Shown here: piece by piece, positions 12,839 through 22,150 of the stretch
How the letters are laid out: every line of letters begins with the position of its first letter
How positions within the stretch are numbered: the stretch's first letter is position 1
DNA from: an uncultured Clostridiaceae bacterium
GTDB lineage: Bacteria > Bacillota > Clostridia > Lachnospirales > Lachnospiraceae
Reading direction: 5' to 3'
DNA length: 38,621 nucleotides
Assembly: GCA_947175375.1 (NCBI GenBank)
Contig: CAMWMT010000001.1
Location: 1 to 38,621, forward strand
Made by a program: the position numbers and the translations under genes
Notes under the pieces: generated by a model
Databases searched by the model: none
The model's input: only the letters and a program-made list of their open reading frames with translations
Told to the model about the DNA's origin: nothing

Positions 12839-14224
12839 ATGAGGCAGAGTGATACGATTGCAGCGATCGCAACAGCGATGGCAGGATCAGGGATCGGGAT
12901 CGTGAGGGTCAGCGGAGATGATGCTTTAGAAATCGTGGAAAAGATCTTTCGGCCTGGAAAAAAAGGGAAGAGGATATCAGAAGAGCATACGTATACAATG
13001 CATTATGGATGGATCGTAGATAATGAACAAGAAGAGGTGATCGATGAGGTTCTCGTTCTTCTCATGAGAGGTCCACACAGTTATACAGCAGAGGATACGG
13101 TAGAGATTGACTGTCATGGCGGAGTCTATGTGATGAAAAGGATTCTGGAGCTGGTAATTAGGGAAGGGGCAAGAGCTGCGGAACCAGGAGAATTTACAAA
13201 GAGAGCCTTTTTAAATGGAAGGATTGATCTGTCTCAGGCAGAAGCGGTCATGGATGTTATCCAGGCAAAAAATGAGTATGCGCTGAAGAGCTCTGTCAGT
13301 CAGCTTCGGGGGTCTGTGTTAAGTCTGATCAAGGATATCCGGGAACAGGTAATCTATGAGATTGCTTTTATTGAATCTGCGTTGGATGATCCGGAGCATA
13401 TCAGCCTGGATGGTTATCCGGAGAGATTACTTGAAAAAGTGGAAAACTTGATCGAGCAATCGGAAGAACTGTTGATAAATGCGGATCAAGGGAGGATTTT
13501 GAGAGAGGGAATCCGAACAGTGATTGTTGGAAAGCCTAATGCGGGGAAATCTTCTCTTTTGAACGTACTGACAGGAGATGAAAGAGCAATCGTTACAGAG
13601 ATTGCAGGGACTACCAGGGATATTCTGGAGGAACAGATCCGGATCAGAGGGCTGATCTTGAATATTGTGGATACTGCGGGAATAAGGAAAACGGAAGATG
13701 TAGTCGAAAAAATCGGAGTAGAAAAGGCAAAGGAATCCATAAAGGATGCAGATCTGGTGCTTTATGTGGTTGACAGTTCCACTAAACTGGATGAAAATGA
13801 TAAAGAGATTCTTTCACTTCTGGAAGGTCAGAGAGTAATCGTGCTTTTGAATAAAACGGATCTTCCTATGGTTACTGATTCAGAGATGATGAGTAAGATC
13901 TGTTCTGAACCCATTGTCTGTATATCTGCAAAGGAAGAGTCAGGATTTGATCTGTTCGCAGACCTTTTGGAAGAAATGTTTCTGGATGGGAAAATTTCTT
14001 ATAATGATGAAGTGTATCTTACAAATGTCAGACACAGAACTGCGATGGAAGAAGCGAAGGAAAGCCTGCAGAAAGTGAAAGAGAGTATTGAACTTGGAAT
14101 GCCGGAGGACTTTTATTCTATTGATTTGACGGATGCTTATGAAGCATTGGGTAGAATCCTTGGTGAATCCATGGGAGAAGATCTGATCAATGAGATCTTC
14201 AGTAAATTCTGTACTGGTAAATAA
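12839..14224 (+). CDS. mnmE: tRNA modification GTPase MnmE (TrmE)
   Basis: DTIAAIAT, GEFTKRAFLNGRIDL, GKPNAGKSS, GTTRD, DTAG, NKTD, terminal FCTGK. Confidence 0.98.
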   Translation: MRQSDTIAAIATAMAGSGIGIVRVSGDDALEIVEKIFRPGKKGKRISEEHTYTMHYGWIVDNEQEEVIDEVLVLLMRGPHSYTAEDTVEIDCHGGVYVMKRILELVIREGARAAEPGEFTKRAFLNGRIDLSQAEAVMDVIQAKNEYALKSSVSQLRGSVLSLIKDIREQVIYEIAFIESALDDPEHISLDGYPERLLEKVENLIEQSEELLINADQGRILREGIRTVIVGKPNAGKSSLLNVLTGDERAIVTEIAGTTRDILEEQIRIRGLILNIVDTAGIRKTEDVVEKIGVEKAKESIKDADLVLYVVDSSTKLDENDKEILSLLEGQRVIVLLNKTDLPMVTDSEMMSKICSEPIVCISAKEESGFDLFADLLEEMFLDGKISYNDEVYLTNVRHRTAMEEAKESLQKVKESIELGMPEDFYSIDLTDAYEALGRILGESMGEDLINEIFSKFCTGK

Positions 14225-14225
14225 T

Positions 14226-14601
14226 AACAGCATCTGTCTGAAGAATGCCTTGGGTGTTGAAAAATGCTCGTTGTCAGTGTGTTCAGCACTCGTATGGAAT
14301 GGATCGGACAGAAAACAGGCTTTGTCTGTCTCATTCGGACATGTTTAAGTCCGCCTGAGACAGACAAAACCTGTTCTCAGTCCGCTCCAATCCACACAGC
14401 GTTGCTGAACACACTGACAGTGTTACATTTTGCAGCATTTCCCAGATAAAAAGATAAAAGGGCATTCTTTAGATGGATGCGGGACTATATAAGAAATAAA
14501 CAGCATCTTTTTGGAGAATGTCCGGAAGGATCTATAAATGAGAATTCATTTATAGATCCTTCCAGATAAGGGGGCATTCTTCAAAAAGATGTGGGACTAT
14601 A
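14226..14601 (+). repeat. Two tandem copies of a hairpin frame element (family A): 14226-14489 and 14499-14601
   Basis: Both start AACAGCATCT...GAATG and end AGATAA...GGGCATTCTT...GATG.GGGACTATA; in each copy the left and right parts are complementary apart from G-T pairs. Confidence 0.85.
14251..14444 (+). repeat. Dispersed ~190-nt palindromic element (family B), copy 1, nested in family A copy 1
   Basis: Perfect 16-bp arms 14272-14287 / 14404-14419; core CTCGTATGGA..ATCGGAC....GTCTCA..CGGAC..GTCCG..TGAGAC....GTCCGCTCCAATCCAYACAGCG shared with the copies at 17.2 and 30.5 kb. Confidence 0.9.
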
Positions 14602-14615
14602 ATAGGAGAAATGGT

Positions 14616-16508
14616 ATGCCATATGTAGAGGAATATACAGATGCGGTGGTAGTCGGTGCGGGACATGCTGGCTGTGAGGCAGCGCTCGCCTGCGCAAGGC
14701 TGGGTCTTGAGACGGTCATATTTACTGTCAGTGTGGACAGTATCGCGTTGATGCCCTGTAATCCGAATATTGGTGGAAGCTCCAAAGGACATCTGGTAAG
14801 AGAACTGGATGCTCTTGGAGGAGAGATGGGAAAGGTTATTGACAGGACGTTTATTCAGTCGAAAATGTTAAATGTATCCAAAGGACCAGCAGTGCATTCT
14901 CTTCGTGCCCAGGCGGATAAGGCGGAGTACAGCCGTGCCATGCGTATGGTATTGGAAGAGACAGAACGGCTTCAGATTGTACAGGCAGAAGTGACAGATA
15001 TTCTGGTTGAAAACGGACAGGTGACAGGCGTGCGACTTTATTCCGGAGCAGTCTATCATGCAAAGGTCGTAATTCTTTGTACTGGAACCTATCTGAAAGC
15101 AAGATGTATCTATGGAGATGTCAGTATGCATACGGGACCAAATGGCCTGCAGGCTGCAAATTATCTGACAGATTCTTTGAAAAATCTTGGTATTGAGATG
15201 TACCGGTTCAAGACAGGAACACCGGCAAGAATCGATGGAAGAACGGTTGATTACAGTAAGATGGAGGAACAGTTTGGAGATAAAAGGGTAGTTCCTTTTT
15301 CCTTTACAACGGATCCGGAGACTGTGCAGATTGAACAGGCTTCCTGCTGGTTGACTTATACGAATGAGAAAACGCATGATATTATTCGTTCCAATCTGGA
15401 TCGTTCTCCTTTGTATTCCGGTGTGATCGAAGGGACAGGACCGAGATATTGTCCTTCTATCGAAGATAAAGTTGTACGGTTTTCAGATAAAAACAGGCAT
15501 CAGGTGTTTATTGAACCGGAAGGACGTTATACCAGTGAGATGTATGTGGGAGGGATGTCCAGTTCTCTGCCAGAGGATGTTCAACATGCTATGTATCATT
15601 CGGTGCCCGGACTGGAACATGCAAAAATTGTAAGAAATGCTTATGCAATCGAATATGACTGCATTAATCCGCAGCAGCTTTATCCGACTCTGGAATTTAA
15701 AAAGATAAAGGGTCTATTCAGCGGAGGACAGTTCAATGGTAGTTCCGGATACGAAGAGGCGGCGTGTCAGGGACTGGTAGCTGGAATTAATGCTTCCATG
15801 GAGGTACTTGGGAGAGAACAGATCGTCATAGACCGCTCACAGGGGTATATCGGAGTGCTTATTGATGATCTGGTGACAAAAGAAAATCATGAACCATACC
15901 GGATGATGACTTCCCGGTCGGAATATCGTCTCTTGCTCCGGCAGGATAATGCGGATCAGCGTTTGACACCTCTCGGATATGAAGTTGGATTGATTTCGGA
16001 AGAACGGTACCAAAAGCTGATCTATAAAAAAGAGCAGATTCAGAAGGAGAAAGAGCGTCTTGAGAAGACTGTAGTTGGAGCAAATGCGTCTGTACAGCAT
16101 TTTCTGGAAAGTCATGGAAGTATGAAGTTGAAGACTGCTGCTTCTTTGGCGGAAATCCTCAGACGTCCGGAGATAAAATATGAATATCTGTCAGAGATTG
16201 ATCAGGACAGGCCGAATCTACCTTTGGAAGTTACGGAGCAAGTGGAGATCGACATTAAGTATGATGGTTATATCAAAAGACAGCTGAAACAGGTGGAACA
16301 GTTTCAGAAACTGGAGCAGAGAAGAATACCAGAGGATTTGAATTATGAAGAAATAGGCAGCTTACGTTTGGAAGCTGTTCAAAAATTAAAATTATGTAAA
16401 CCAATATCAATTGGACAGGCTTCGCGTATTTCAGGAGTGTCTCCGGCAGATATATCTGTGCTGCTCATCTACCTGGAGCAGAAAAAAGGACAGGGTCATA
16501 CGATATGA
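14616..16508 (+). CDS. mnmG: tRNA uridine-5-carboxymethylaminomethyl modification enzyme MnmG (GidA)
   Basis: [54 protein letters not shown]; start at the ATG at 14616 after AGGAG. Confidence 0.98.
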   Translation: MPYVEEYTDAVVVGAGHAGCEAALACARLGLETVIFTVSVDSIALMPCNPNIGGSSKGHLVRELDALGGEMGKVIDRTFIQSKMLNVSKGPAVHSLRAQADKAEYSRAMRMVLEETERLQIVQAEVTDILVENGQVTGVRLYSGAVYHAKVVILCTGTYLKARCIYGDVSMHTGPNGLQAANYLTDSLKNLGIEMYRFKTGTPARIDGRTVDYSKMEEQFGDKRVVPFSFTTDPETVQIEQASCWLTYTNEKTHDIIRSNLDRSPLYSGVIEGTGPRYCPSIEDKVVRFSDKNRHQVFIEPEGRYTSEMYVGGMSSSLPEDVQHAMYHSVPGLEHAKIVRNAYAIEYDCINPQQLYPTLEFKKIKGLFSGGQFNGSSGYEEAACQGLVAGINASMEVLGREQIVIDRSQGYIGVLIDDLVTKENHEPYRMMTSRSEYRLLLRQDNADQRLTPLGYEVGLISEERYQKLIYKKEQIQKEKERLEKTVVGANASVQHFLESHGSMKLKTAASLAEILRRPEIKYEYLSEIDQDRPNLPLEVTEQVEIDIKYDGYIKRQLKQVEQFQKLEQRRIPEDLNYEEIGSLRLEAVQKLKLCKPISIGQASRISGVSPADISVLLIYLEQKKGQGHTI

Positions 16509-17224
16509 AAGAAAAACTGAATTATATAGAACAGGGGATAAAGAGTCTGGATCTGGATGTAAATGCTGTTCAGGTCAGACAGTTTTATGATTATTATAAT
16601 CTGCTGATAAAATGGAATCAGTTTATGAATCTGACAGCAATTACCGATTTTGAAGAAGTGGTTCTGAAACATTTTGTAGATAGTCTGTCGATAACAAAGG
16701 AAAAAGATCTGAAAGATGTGGATAACCTGATCGATATAGGGACAGGTGCCGGATTTCCGGGAATTCCGTTGAAGATCATGTTTCCGGATCTAAAAATAAC
16801 TCTTTTGGATTCTTTGAGAAAAAGAGTCGATTTCCTGAATGAGGTCATTGATTATCTGGAATTGAAACAGGTGGAAGCCATACATGGAAGGGCAGAGGAT
16901 TATGCGAAGCCAGGTAAAAAGAGAGAGATGTACGATCTGTGTGTTTCCCGTGCGGTAGCAAATCTGTCTACGTTGTCAGAATATTGCCTTCCTTATGTGA
17001 AAATTGGTGGGGAATTTATTTCCTATAAGTCAGGTGAGATTTTGGGAGAGATGGAAGAAGCAAAATCTGCGGTTTTTCTTCTTGGAGGAAAGATCAGGGG
17101 ATGCAGAAATTTTGAACTGCCAGGAACTGATATACACAGATCTCTTGTGTGTATTCAGAAGGTCAGTGGATGTCCAAAAAAATATCCCCGAAAAGCGGGT
17201 ATGGCATCAAAAAATCCGCTTTAA
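16505..17224 (+). CDS. rsmG: 16S rRNA m7G527 methyltransferase RsmG (GidB)
   Basis: [42 protein letters not shown]. Confidence 0.97.
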   Translation: MKEKLNYIEQGIKSLDLDVNAVQVRQFYDYYNLLIKWNQFMNLTAITDFEEVVLKHFVDSLSITKEKDLKDVDNLIDIGTGAGFPGIPLKIMFPDLKITLLDSLRKRVDFLNEVIDYLELKQVEAIHGRAEDYAKPGKKREMYDLCVSRAVANLSTLSEYCLPYVKIGGEFISYKSGEILGEMEEAKSAVFLLGGKIRGCRNFELPGTDIHRSLVCIQKVSGCPKKYPRKAGMASKNPL

Positions 17225-17226
17225 AG

Positions 17227-17420
17227 TGGGTTATTGTAGAATACAGCCCCGGCTGTATGATAAGCGCTCGTATGGAGTGTATCGGACACCGAATCGGCTT
17301 TATCCGTCTCAATCGGACTCAGTCGTCCGTTTGAGACGGACAAAGCCGACTCGCTGTCCGCTCCAATCCATACAGCGCTGCTTATCATACAGCCGGGGCT
17401 GTATTTTTCGTCAATTCCCT
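17227..17420 (+). repeat. Dispersed palindromic element (family B), copy 2
   Basis: Perfect 26-bp inverted arms 17240-17265 / 17380-17405; fills the gap between convergent rsmG and hydrolase genes. Confidence 0.92.
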
Positions 17421-17442
17421 GTTTAATTAAGAGATTTTTTGT

Positions 17443-18405
17443 TCAGTTGTTATACAGATACAGATTTATATATTTTAAAATTTCTTCTGGAGTCTCCAGC
17501 TGAGGAAGTTCTTTTGTATAATTAATATACTCGACTTCTATTGCCGGATTGTAATACTGATATTCTTTTACAGTGGCTTTTATATCAGGAACCTCGCGTC
17601 CGGCGAGAATGTGAATGTTTTTATTTATATTTTTCAGGGTATGAATGATGTTAGCATTGGTATATCGTCCTGCAAGGCTGGTGTACAGATTCTTGGAGTC
17701 TTTTCCTCCCAAATGTGAGGACTCGTAATAATAGTCATACAGTGCTTCCGGGATATTATCTCTGTCATAATAATATTTTTCTTCAAAATTCTCTTCAATG
17801 ATATTTCTTGCAGTAATTATATGATAGATAAAAGTGCCGATGGAAGGCATTTTCAGAATAAACGCCGCTGTCTTTGTACGTTTGGATGGTGTTTTATGAA
17901 GTGTTCGGATATTCTCCGGGTTAATGAGGATCAATTCTTCATAGGCTTCTTCATTAACACTGCAGGCATCCAGTACAAAAGATGCGGATTTTCCAGTCGT
18001 GACTACACTTGTCTTCTTTTTAATAATATTTCGGATGAAATCATTGATGAGTTGTGTATACATGTAACTGGTATAAGTGATATCTGGTCTGTCAGAAAGG
18101 CCGCATCCAAGCAAATCCATGGCATAGACCGTATTGGTCCTGGACAGTTTTGGAATGATTTCTGACCATTCTATGGAAGAACTGTCTTCTTTTAAGTTAT
18201 GTACCAGAAGGACGGGTTTGCCTTCTCCGGTTACACTGTAACTGATCTTGCCAAATCTCCAGTGATAGATTTCTTTATTTTTGGAATTTAGTAATTCTTT
18301 GGAGGTTGCAATCTTTTCAACTGCTTTATTGATTGCGGACAGACTTATAAAAGAGGTAATGGTTACTCCAATTAGTGAGAGAGTGGCAGCAATTTTTTTA
18401 TTCAT
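17443..18405 (-). CDS. Alpha/beta hydrolase-fold protein with N-terminal hydrophobic anchor
   Basis: GEGKPVLLVH, VYAMDLLGCGLSDRP typical of Abhydrolase_1; AGGAGG RBS upstream on the minus strand; no GxSxG. Confidence 0.8.
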   Translation of the reverse strand: MNKKIAATLSLIGVTITSFISLSAINKAVEKIATSKELLNSKNKEIYHWRFGKISYSVTGEGKPVLLVHNLKEDSSSIEWSEIIPKLSRTNTVYAMDLLGCGLSDRPDITYTSYMYTQLINDFIRNIIKKKTSVVTTGKSASFVLDACSVNEEAYEELILINPENIRTLHKTPSKRTKTAAFILKMPSIGTFIYHIITARNIIEENFEEKYYYDRDNIPEALYDYYYESSHLGGKDSKNLYTSLAGRYTNANIIHTLKNINKNIHILAGREVPDIKATVKEYQYYNPAIEVEYINYTKELPQLETPEEILKYINLYLYNN

Positions 18406-18482
18406 ATATATGTTGATACCTCCTTTTCTTATTTATGATTGTATACTATATGTGTCATTACTTCAATAGAAATTTCCTCTGC

Positions 18483-18511
18483 TTTACTAAAAAAGTAATC
18501 TGTGTTATAAT
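18483..18511 (+). promoter_or_regulatory. Extended -10 sigma-A promoter of the Cof gene
   Basis: TTTACT, 17 nt, TATAAT (18506-18511) preceded by TGn. Confidence 0.6.
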
Positions 18512-18557
18512 GAGCCCAATTTTAGCTCACAATAAATATTTTCAGGAGGTGCAGTTC

Positions 18558-19376
18558 ATGAAATATAAAATGATCGTTTCCGATCTGGATGAAACTCTTT
18601 TGGGTTCAGATTGTAAGGTTTCTCAGAAGAACAGGGAGGCAGTCCAGAAGGCCCGTGAACTTGGTGTCAGATTTGTACCTGCAACGGGAAGAGGATACAG
18701 TTCCATCCGCGGAACACTGGAGGAGCTTGGACTGCAGGAAAAAGAAAATGAATATGTGATCTCTTATAATGGAGGAGCTGTCACTGAGAATAAAGGAGAG
18801 AAACTTTTACATTTTCAGGGAATTTCTTTTGAAAAAGCGGAAGAACTGTTTGCGAGAGGTCTTTCTTATGATGTATGTATTCATGTATATACAAAGGATA
18901 CCGTGTATGCTTATTGCTTAAATCAAAATGAGATTGATTATGTGAAAGGAAGGATGGTGCTTCAGGAGTTTTTTAGTGATAATCTGGATTTTTTAAAGGG
19001 GCAGGAGATTGTCAAGGTGCTCTATGTAAATACAGATTATTCTTATTTAAAAAAGATCGAAGAGGATCTGAAAGATGTGACGCAGGACCTGGACGTAAGT
19101 TACTCTTCCAATCGTTATATAGAATTCAATCAGAAGGGAGTTAATAAAGGTTCTGGGCTTTTATTCTTGGCAGAACTTCTGGGAATAAAGCCGGAAGAAA
19201 CAATTGCTGTTGGTGATAACTTTAATGATCTATCTATGATTCAGGCTGCTGGCCTGGGAGTTGGTGTAAATAATACGGTTCCAGATATGAAACCATTGTG
19301 TGATGTGATTCTGAATTCGACTTGTGATCAGAGTGTTATCGCAGAGATTGTGGAAAAGTATATTCTAGCAGAATAG
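18558..19376 (+). CDS. Cof-type HAD-IIB family hydrolase
   Basis: DLDETLL motif I, ATGR, YNGG, NKGSGL, GDNFNDLSM; start at the ATG at 18558 after AGGAGGTG. Confidence 0.92.
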   Translation: MKYKMIVSDLDETLLGSDCKVSQKNREAVQKARELGVRFVPATGRGYSSIRGTLEELGLQEKENEYVISYNGGAVTENKGEKLLHFQGISFEKAEELFARGLSYDVCIHVYTKDTVYAYCLNQNEIDYVKGRMVLQEFFSDNLDFLKGQEIVKVLYVNTDYSYLKKIEEDLKDVTQDLDVSYSSNRYIEFNQKGVNKGSGLLFLAELLGIKPEETIAVGDNFNDLSMIQAAGLGVGVNNTVPDMKPLCDVILNSTCDQSVIAEIVEKYILAE

Positions 19377-19511
19377 AAATAAAATCCGTCAGCTATATAT
19401 CTGGTGTTTAATAATTGCCAGAAAAGTGTGATAAACAGTACGTTGACTAGTATTTTATAAGAGCAAGAATTTAGTGCTGTATATAAAGAAGACAGAGAAA
19501 CAGGATTCGAA

Positions 19512-19527
19512 TGTTTCACGTGAAACA
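19512..19527. other. parS: parS centromere site 1
   Basis: Perfect TGTTTCACGTGAAACA. Confidence 0.95.
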
Positions 19528-19682
19528 TTTGAATCCTGTTTTTTATACAATTTATACTCATAATTGAAAAAAATTGCAGGTAATGAAATGTATAACAAGT
19601 GAGCATGCTATTATGTATTATAAAAATGGTAGAGGAATACGCTCATGAGTATAATTTTATATCAAAAAACTTTTTTAATAAA

Positions 19683-19698
19683 TGTTTCACGTGAAACA
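19683..19698. other. parS: parS centromere site 2
   Basis: Perfect TGTTTCACGTGAAACA, about 140 nt upstream of parA. Confidence 0.95.
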
Positions 19699-19704
19699 TT
19701 TATG

Positions 19705-19713
19705 TGATATAAT
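19705..19713 (+). promoter_or_regulatory. Extended -10 (TGaTATAAT), putative parAB promoter
   Basis: TG-A-TATAAT immediately downstream of parS2; no good -35. Confidence 0.5.
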
Positions 19714-19835
19714 GTCACCAACTGAAGCGAAGCGTAAGATGATGACCTGCGCGAGCATCAGCGAGCTTCCTTATAATATACTAATAATGTGATTCGTCCA
19801 CTTCAGAAAAATATTACAGATAGAAGGAGAACTAC

Positions 19836-20612
19836 GTGGGAAGAATTATTGCAATAGCCAATCAGAAAGGCGGAGTGGGTAAGACAACGACAGCGATCAA
19901 TCTATCCGCCTGTCTGTCAGAAATTGGGCAGAAGGTACTGACAATCGATATCGATCCCCAGGGAAATACGACCAGTGGACTTGGAGTAGATAAAAATACA
20001 GTAGAAAACAGTGTTTATGATATGATCCTTGGAGCATGTACAATAGAAGAATGTCTTGTAGAAACAGAGATTGAGAATCAGTCACTACTTCCTTCGGATA
20101 TTAATCTGGCAGGTGCAGAGATTGAATTGATCGGTATCGAAGAAAAAGAGTACATATTAAAAAGAGAAATAAAGAAGATCAGAGATCATTATGATTTTTT
20201 GATTATTGATTGTCCGCCTTCTTTAAATATGCTTACAGTAAATGCATTAACTGCAGCAGATACGGTCCTCGTACCAATCCAGTGTGAGTATTATGCACTG
20301 GAAGGATTAAGCCAGTTGATCCGTACCATTGAACTGGTACAGGAGCGTTTAAATCCGGATCTAGAGATCGAGGGTGTGGTATTTACCATGTATGATGCAA
20401 GAACAAATCTTTCTCTGCAGGTAGTAGAGAATGTGAAAGGATATCTGCATCAAAATATTTATAAAACAATCATTCCAAGAAATGTGCGTCTTGCCGAAGC
20501 GCCAAGTCATGGGCTTCCGATCAATTTATATGATACAAGATCTGCAGGAGCTGAAAGCTATCGTTTACTGGCGCAGGAGGTACTTCATAAAGGAGAGGAA
20601 GAATGGGAGTAA
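19836..20612 (+). CDS. parA: Chromosome partitioning ATPase ParA/Soj
   Basis: GTG start after AAGGAG; NQKGGVGKTTT, DIDPQGN, IIDCPPSL, IPRNVRLAEAPSHG. Confidence 0.97.
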   Translation: MGRIIAIANQKGGVGKTTTAINLSACLSEIGQKVLTIDIDPQGNTTSGLGVDKNTVENSVYDMILGACTIEECLVETEIENQSLLPSDINLAGAEIELIGIEEKEYILKREIKKIRDHYDFLIIDCPPSLNMLTVNALTAADTVLVPIQCEYYALEGLSQLIRTIELVQERLNPDLEIEGVVFTMYDARTNLSLQVVENVKGYLHQNIYKTIIPRNVRLAEAPSHGLPINLYDTRSAGAESYRLLAQEVLHKGEEEWE

Positions 20613-21508
20613 AAAGAGGAGGACTTGGAAAAGGTCTGGATAGTTTGATACCTGATAATGGAAAAGTGCCGGAAAGCGGGCGAAGAACAAAGGTAATAGA
20701 AAAAGTCGTCGAAAAAATTATTGAGAAGCCGATAGAAGTAAAGCTTGGAATCAATCAGATCGAGCCGAACAGAGAACAGCCAAGAAAAAATTTCAATGAA
20801 GAAGCACTGCAGGAACTGGCAGATTCTATCCGTCAATTTGGAATCCTTCAGCCTCTGATCGTACAGGAAAAAGAAGGCTACTATGAGATCATTGCCGGAG
20901 AGCGGAGATGGAGAGCTGCAAAACTTGCCGGTGTGAAAGAAATACCTGTGATTATTCGAAAAATGTCAGATCAGGAGATCGTGGAGATCTCTTTGATCGA
21001 AAATATTCAGAGAGAAAATCTGAATCCGATAGAAGAAGCAGCAGCATATAAAAGGCTTATGGGAGAATTTCATCTGACACAGGAAGAGATTGCAGAGCGT
21101 GTGGCAAAGAGCAGAACCGCTGTAACAAATTCCATGCGTCTTTTGAAGCTGGATGAACGGGTACAGCAGATGGTAATTGATGAGATGCTGTCCACCGGAC
21201 ATGCCCGTGCTCTGTTAGGGATTGAAGATTCAGATCTTCAGTTTCAGACAGCTAATAAAGTATATAATGAAAAACTGAGTGTACGGGAAGTAGAGAAGCT
21301 GGTAAAAAATATTGGGAAAGAAAAACCAGTGAAAAAAGTAAGAAATTTTCAGCAGGATGCAATATTCCAGGATTTGGAGGAAAAGATGAAAATTTCACTG
21401 GGAACAAAGGTTTCTATCAATCGAAAAGATGATAAAAAAGGAAAGATTGAGATTGAGTACTATTCCATGGAAGAACTGGAACGTTTGATGGAAGTGTTGA
21501 TTAGGTAG
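20603..21508 (+). CDS. parB: Chromosome partitioning protein ParB/Spo0J
   Basis: GLGKGLDSLI, QPRKNF, IIAGERRWRAA, ENIQRENL, HTH region, GHARALL. Confidence 0.97.
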   Translation: MGVKRGGLGKGLDSLIPDNGKVPESGRRTKVIEKVVEKIIEKPIEVKLGINQIEPNREQPRKNFNEEALQELADSIRQFGILQPLIVQEKEGYYEIIAGERRWRAAKLAGVKEIPVIIRKMSDQEIVEISLIENIQRENLNPIEEAAAYKRLMGEFHLTQEEIAERVAKSRTAVTNSMRLLKLDERVQQMVIDEMLSTGHARALLGIEDSDLQFQTANKVYNEKLSVREVEKLVKNIGKEKPVKKVRNFQQDAIFQDLEEKMKISLGTKVSINRKDDKKGKIEIEYYSMEELERLMEVLIR

Positions 21509-21542
21509 ACATAAGATAATATAAAAATACGGAGGAAAAAAA

Positions 21543-22067
21543 ATGAATAGCCCTATATTGGAATATATGATGTCATATGGGATTGATCCTGCATATATTA
21601 TGATTGGGATTTTAGCAGTTCTGATGATCCTGATCATATTATATATTGTATGTATTGTAAAAATGAGAAAGCTTAAAAAGGCTTATGACTGTTTCATGAA
21701 AGGAAAAGACATGGAGTCCATGGAAGATATCATGATGAAGCAGTTTGATCGGATTGAAATTCTGGAAGAAGCGGATAGGGAGAAAAGAAAAGAATTGAAC
21801 AGTCTTCAAGGTATGATGCAGAATACTTATCAGAAGGCAGGGCTGGTAAAATACGATGCATTCCGAGAGATGAGCGGAAAACTCAGCTATGCACTGGCTC
21901 TTCTGGATCAGAATGATAGTGGTATTATCGTTACATCTATGTACAGCAGGGAAGGATGTTTTTCCTATGCAAAAGCGGTCGTTATGGGGAAATCATCGAT
22001 CAATCTGTCAGAAGAAGAGGAAGAAGCGTTGAAAAAGGCAATAAATGGAGATAAAATTACAGAATAA
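21543..22067 (+). CDS. DUF4446-like membrane-anchored protein
   Basis: N-terminal TM, KYDAF..MSGKLSYALALLD, YAK..LSEEEEEAL; family usually follows parB in Clostridia (recognised from memory). Confidence 0.75.
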   Translation: MNSPILEYMMSYGIDPAYIMIGILAVLMILIILYIVCIVKMRKLKKAYDCFMKGKDMESMEDIMMKQFDRIEILEEADREKRKELNSLQGMMQNTYQKAGLVKYDAFREMSGKLSYALALLDQNDSGIIVTSMYSREGCFSYAKAVVMGKSSINLSEEEEEALKKAINGDKITE

Positions 22068-22079
22068 TCTTAAAAACCC

Positions 22080-22108
22080 TTGCAAAATCGTCAATACTAT
22101 CATAAGAT
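22080..22108 (+). promoter_or_regulatory. Putative sigma-A promoter of serS
   Basis: TTGCAA, 17 nt, TAAGAT. Confidence 0.5.
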
Positions 22109-22150
22109 TGTTTAATTAGAGAACTAAAAGTAAAAATACAGGAGGATATT

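Noticed and set aside
14226..14601. Possible CRISPR array or integron cassette array
   Set aside because: Only two units, inserts are self-complementary and very unequal in length, no cas or integrase gene, and no attC-type RYYYAAC/GTTRRRY ends recognised.
16717..16725. Perfect DnaA box TGTGGATAA within rsmG
   Set aside because: A single 9-mer in coding sequence with no cluster; plausible by chance.
18435..18557. N-terminal extensions in the ORF track for Cof (18435), mnmG (14589), yitT (29575) and the phosphatase (27725)
   Set aside because: Downstream ATGs have clear Shine-Dalgarno sequences and match family N-termini; the extensions overlap promoters, repeats or the RBS.
22068..22150. 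Expected T-box upstream of serS
   Set aside because: The gap is only 83 nt, with a promoter candidate and no T-box or terminator motif.
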